From the NCBI RefSeq assembly GCF_900626135.1, contig NZ_LR130785.1, positions 629,241 through 653,240 of the forward strand: DNA of 24,000 nt, given 5' to 3'. Shown one piece after another: positions 23,873 through 24,000 of this stretch. The notes under the pieces were generated by a model, which saw only the letters and a list, made by a program, of their open reading frames with translations, did no database searches and was not told where the DNA came from. The position numbers and the translations under genes were made by a program. Source of the stretch: Senegalia massiliensis. Lineage in GTDB: Bacteria > Bacillota > Clostridia > Tissierellales > SIT17. Each line of letters opens with the position of its first letter. Position 1 is the stretch's first letter.

Positions 23873-24000
23873 ATGGACGTTATAAAGAAATTTGTTGTTA
23901 CATATGTAGAATTTTTTATTATAATTTTCCTTGCTGATTTATTAATTGATCGTACATTTAACATTGTAGGAAATTTAAAAGGTTCATTTGTTATAGCAGC
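23873..24000 (+). CDS. Hypothetical small membrane protein, 5' part only (runs off the window)
   Basis: AGGAG is 6 nt before ATG 23873. The translation MDVIKKFVVTYVEFFIIIFLADLLIDRTFNIVGNLKGSFVIAA contains a hydrophobic helix. Confidence 0.4.
   Translation, partial: MDVIKKFVVTYVEFFIIIFLADLLIDRTFNIVGNLKGSFVIA

Noticed and set aside
1-24000. Checked for CRISPR arrays, tRNA/rRNA genes, recognisable riboswitch or T-box leaders, and defence-system hallmarks
   Set aside because: There are no regularly spaced direct repeats and no cloverleaf-like or rRNA-like conserved segments. I recognised no nuclease, methylase or toxin-type proteins. The window is metabolic and regulatory in character.

Overview
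AT-rich, low-GC Firmicute sequence that looks Clostridia-like; this taxonomic guess rests only on composition and protein similarity. Every credible gene is on the + strand except one decayed transposase fragment. I see no rRNA, tRNA or CRISPR. There are four blocks. (1) 1-3190: the tail of an ABC permease, then a nucleoside hydrolase, an M20 deacylase/peptidase and a GATase1-like protein, ending at a strong terminator. (2) 3247-11967: a nine-gene operon with the full gene set of the uncharacterised E. coli yhfZ-yhfY-yhfX-yhfW-php-yhfU-yhfT-yhfS cluster. The order here is Z-Y-U-T-[extra amidase-signature gene]-php-S-X-W. A 26-nt perfect repeat precedes both yhfZ and yhfY, and a 38-nt perfect palindrome splits the operon. 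(3) 12141-12546: a monocistronic cold-shock protein gene with its own promoter, long leader and terminator. (4) 12847-23221: a sugar locus. It holds a REC-AraC response regulator, a YesM/LytS-type histidine kinase with almost no extracytoplasmic loop, and a tandem-NBD ABC ATPase paralog in which the catalytic motifs of both halves are degenerate. These are followed by a genuine CUT2 (RbsA/RbsC/RbsB-like) importer, a GmhA-family SIS isomerase and two ROK kinases. The window ends with a frameshifted IS1182-like transposase remnant, a promoter with an operator-like inverted repeat, and the start of a small membrane protein. The two best candidates for an undescribed system are the augmented yhf-type pathway, whose function is unknown in any organism, and the sensor-less kinase plus dead ATPase plus ABC importer arrangement, which may be transporter-coupled sensing. 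All functional calls rest on motifs and remembered family similarity. No database search was run.
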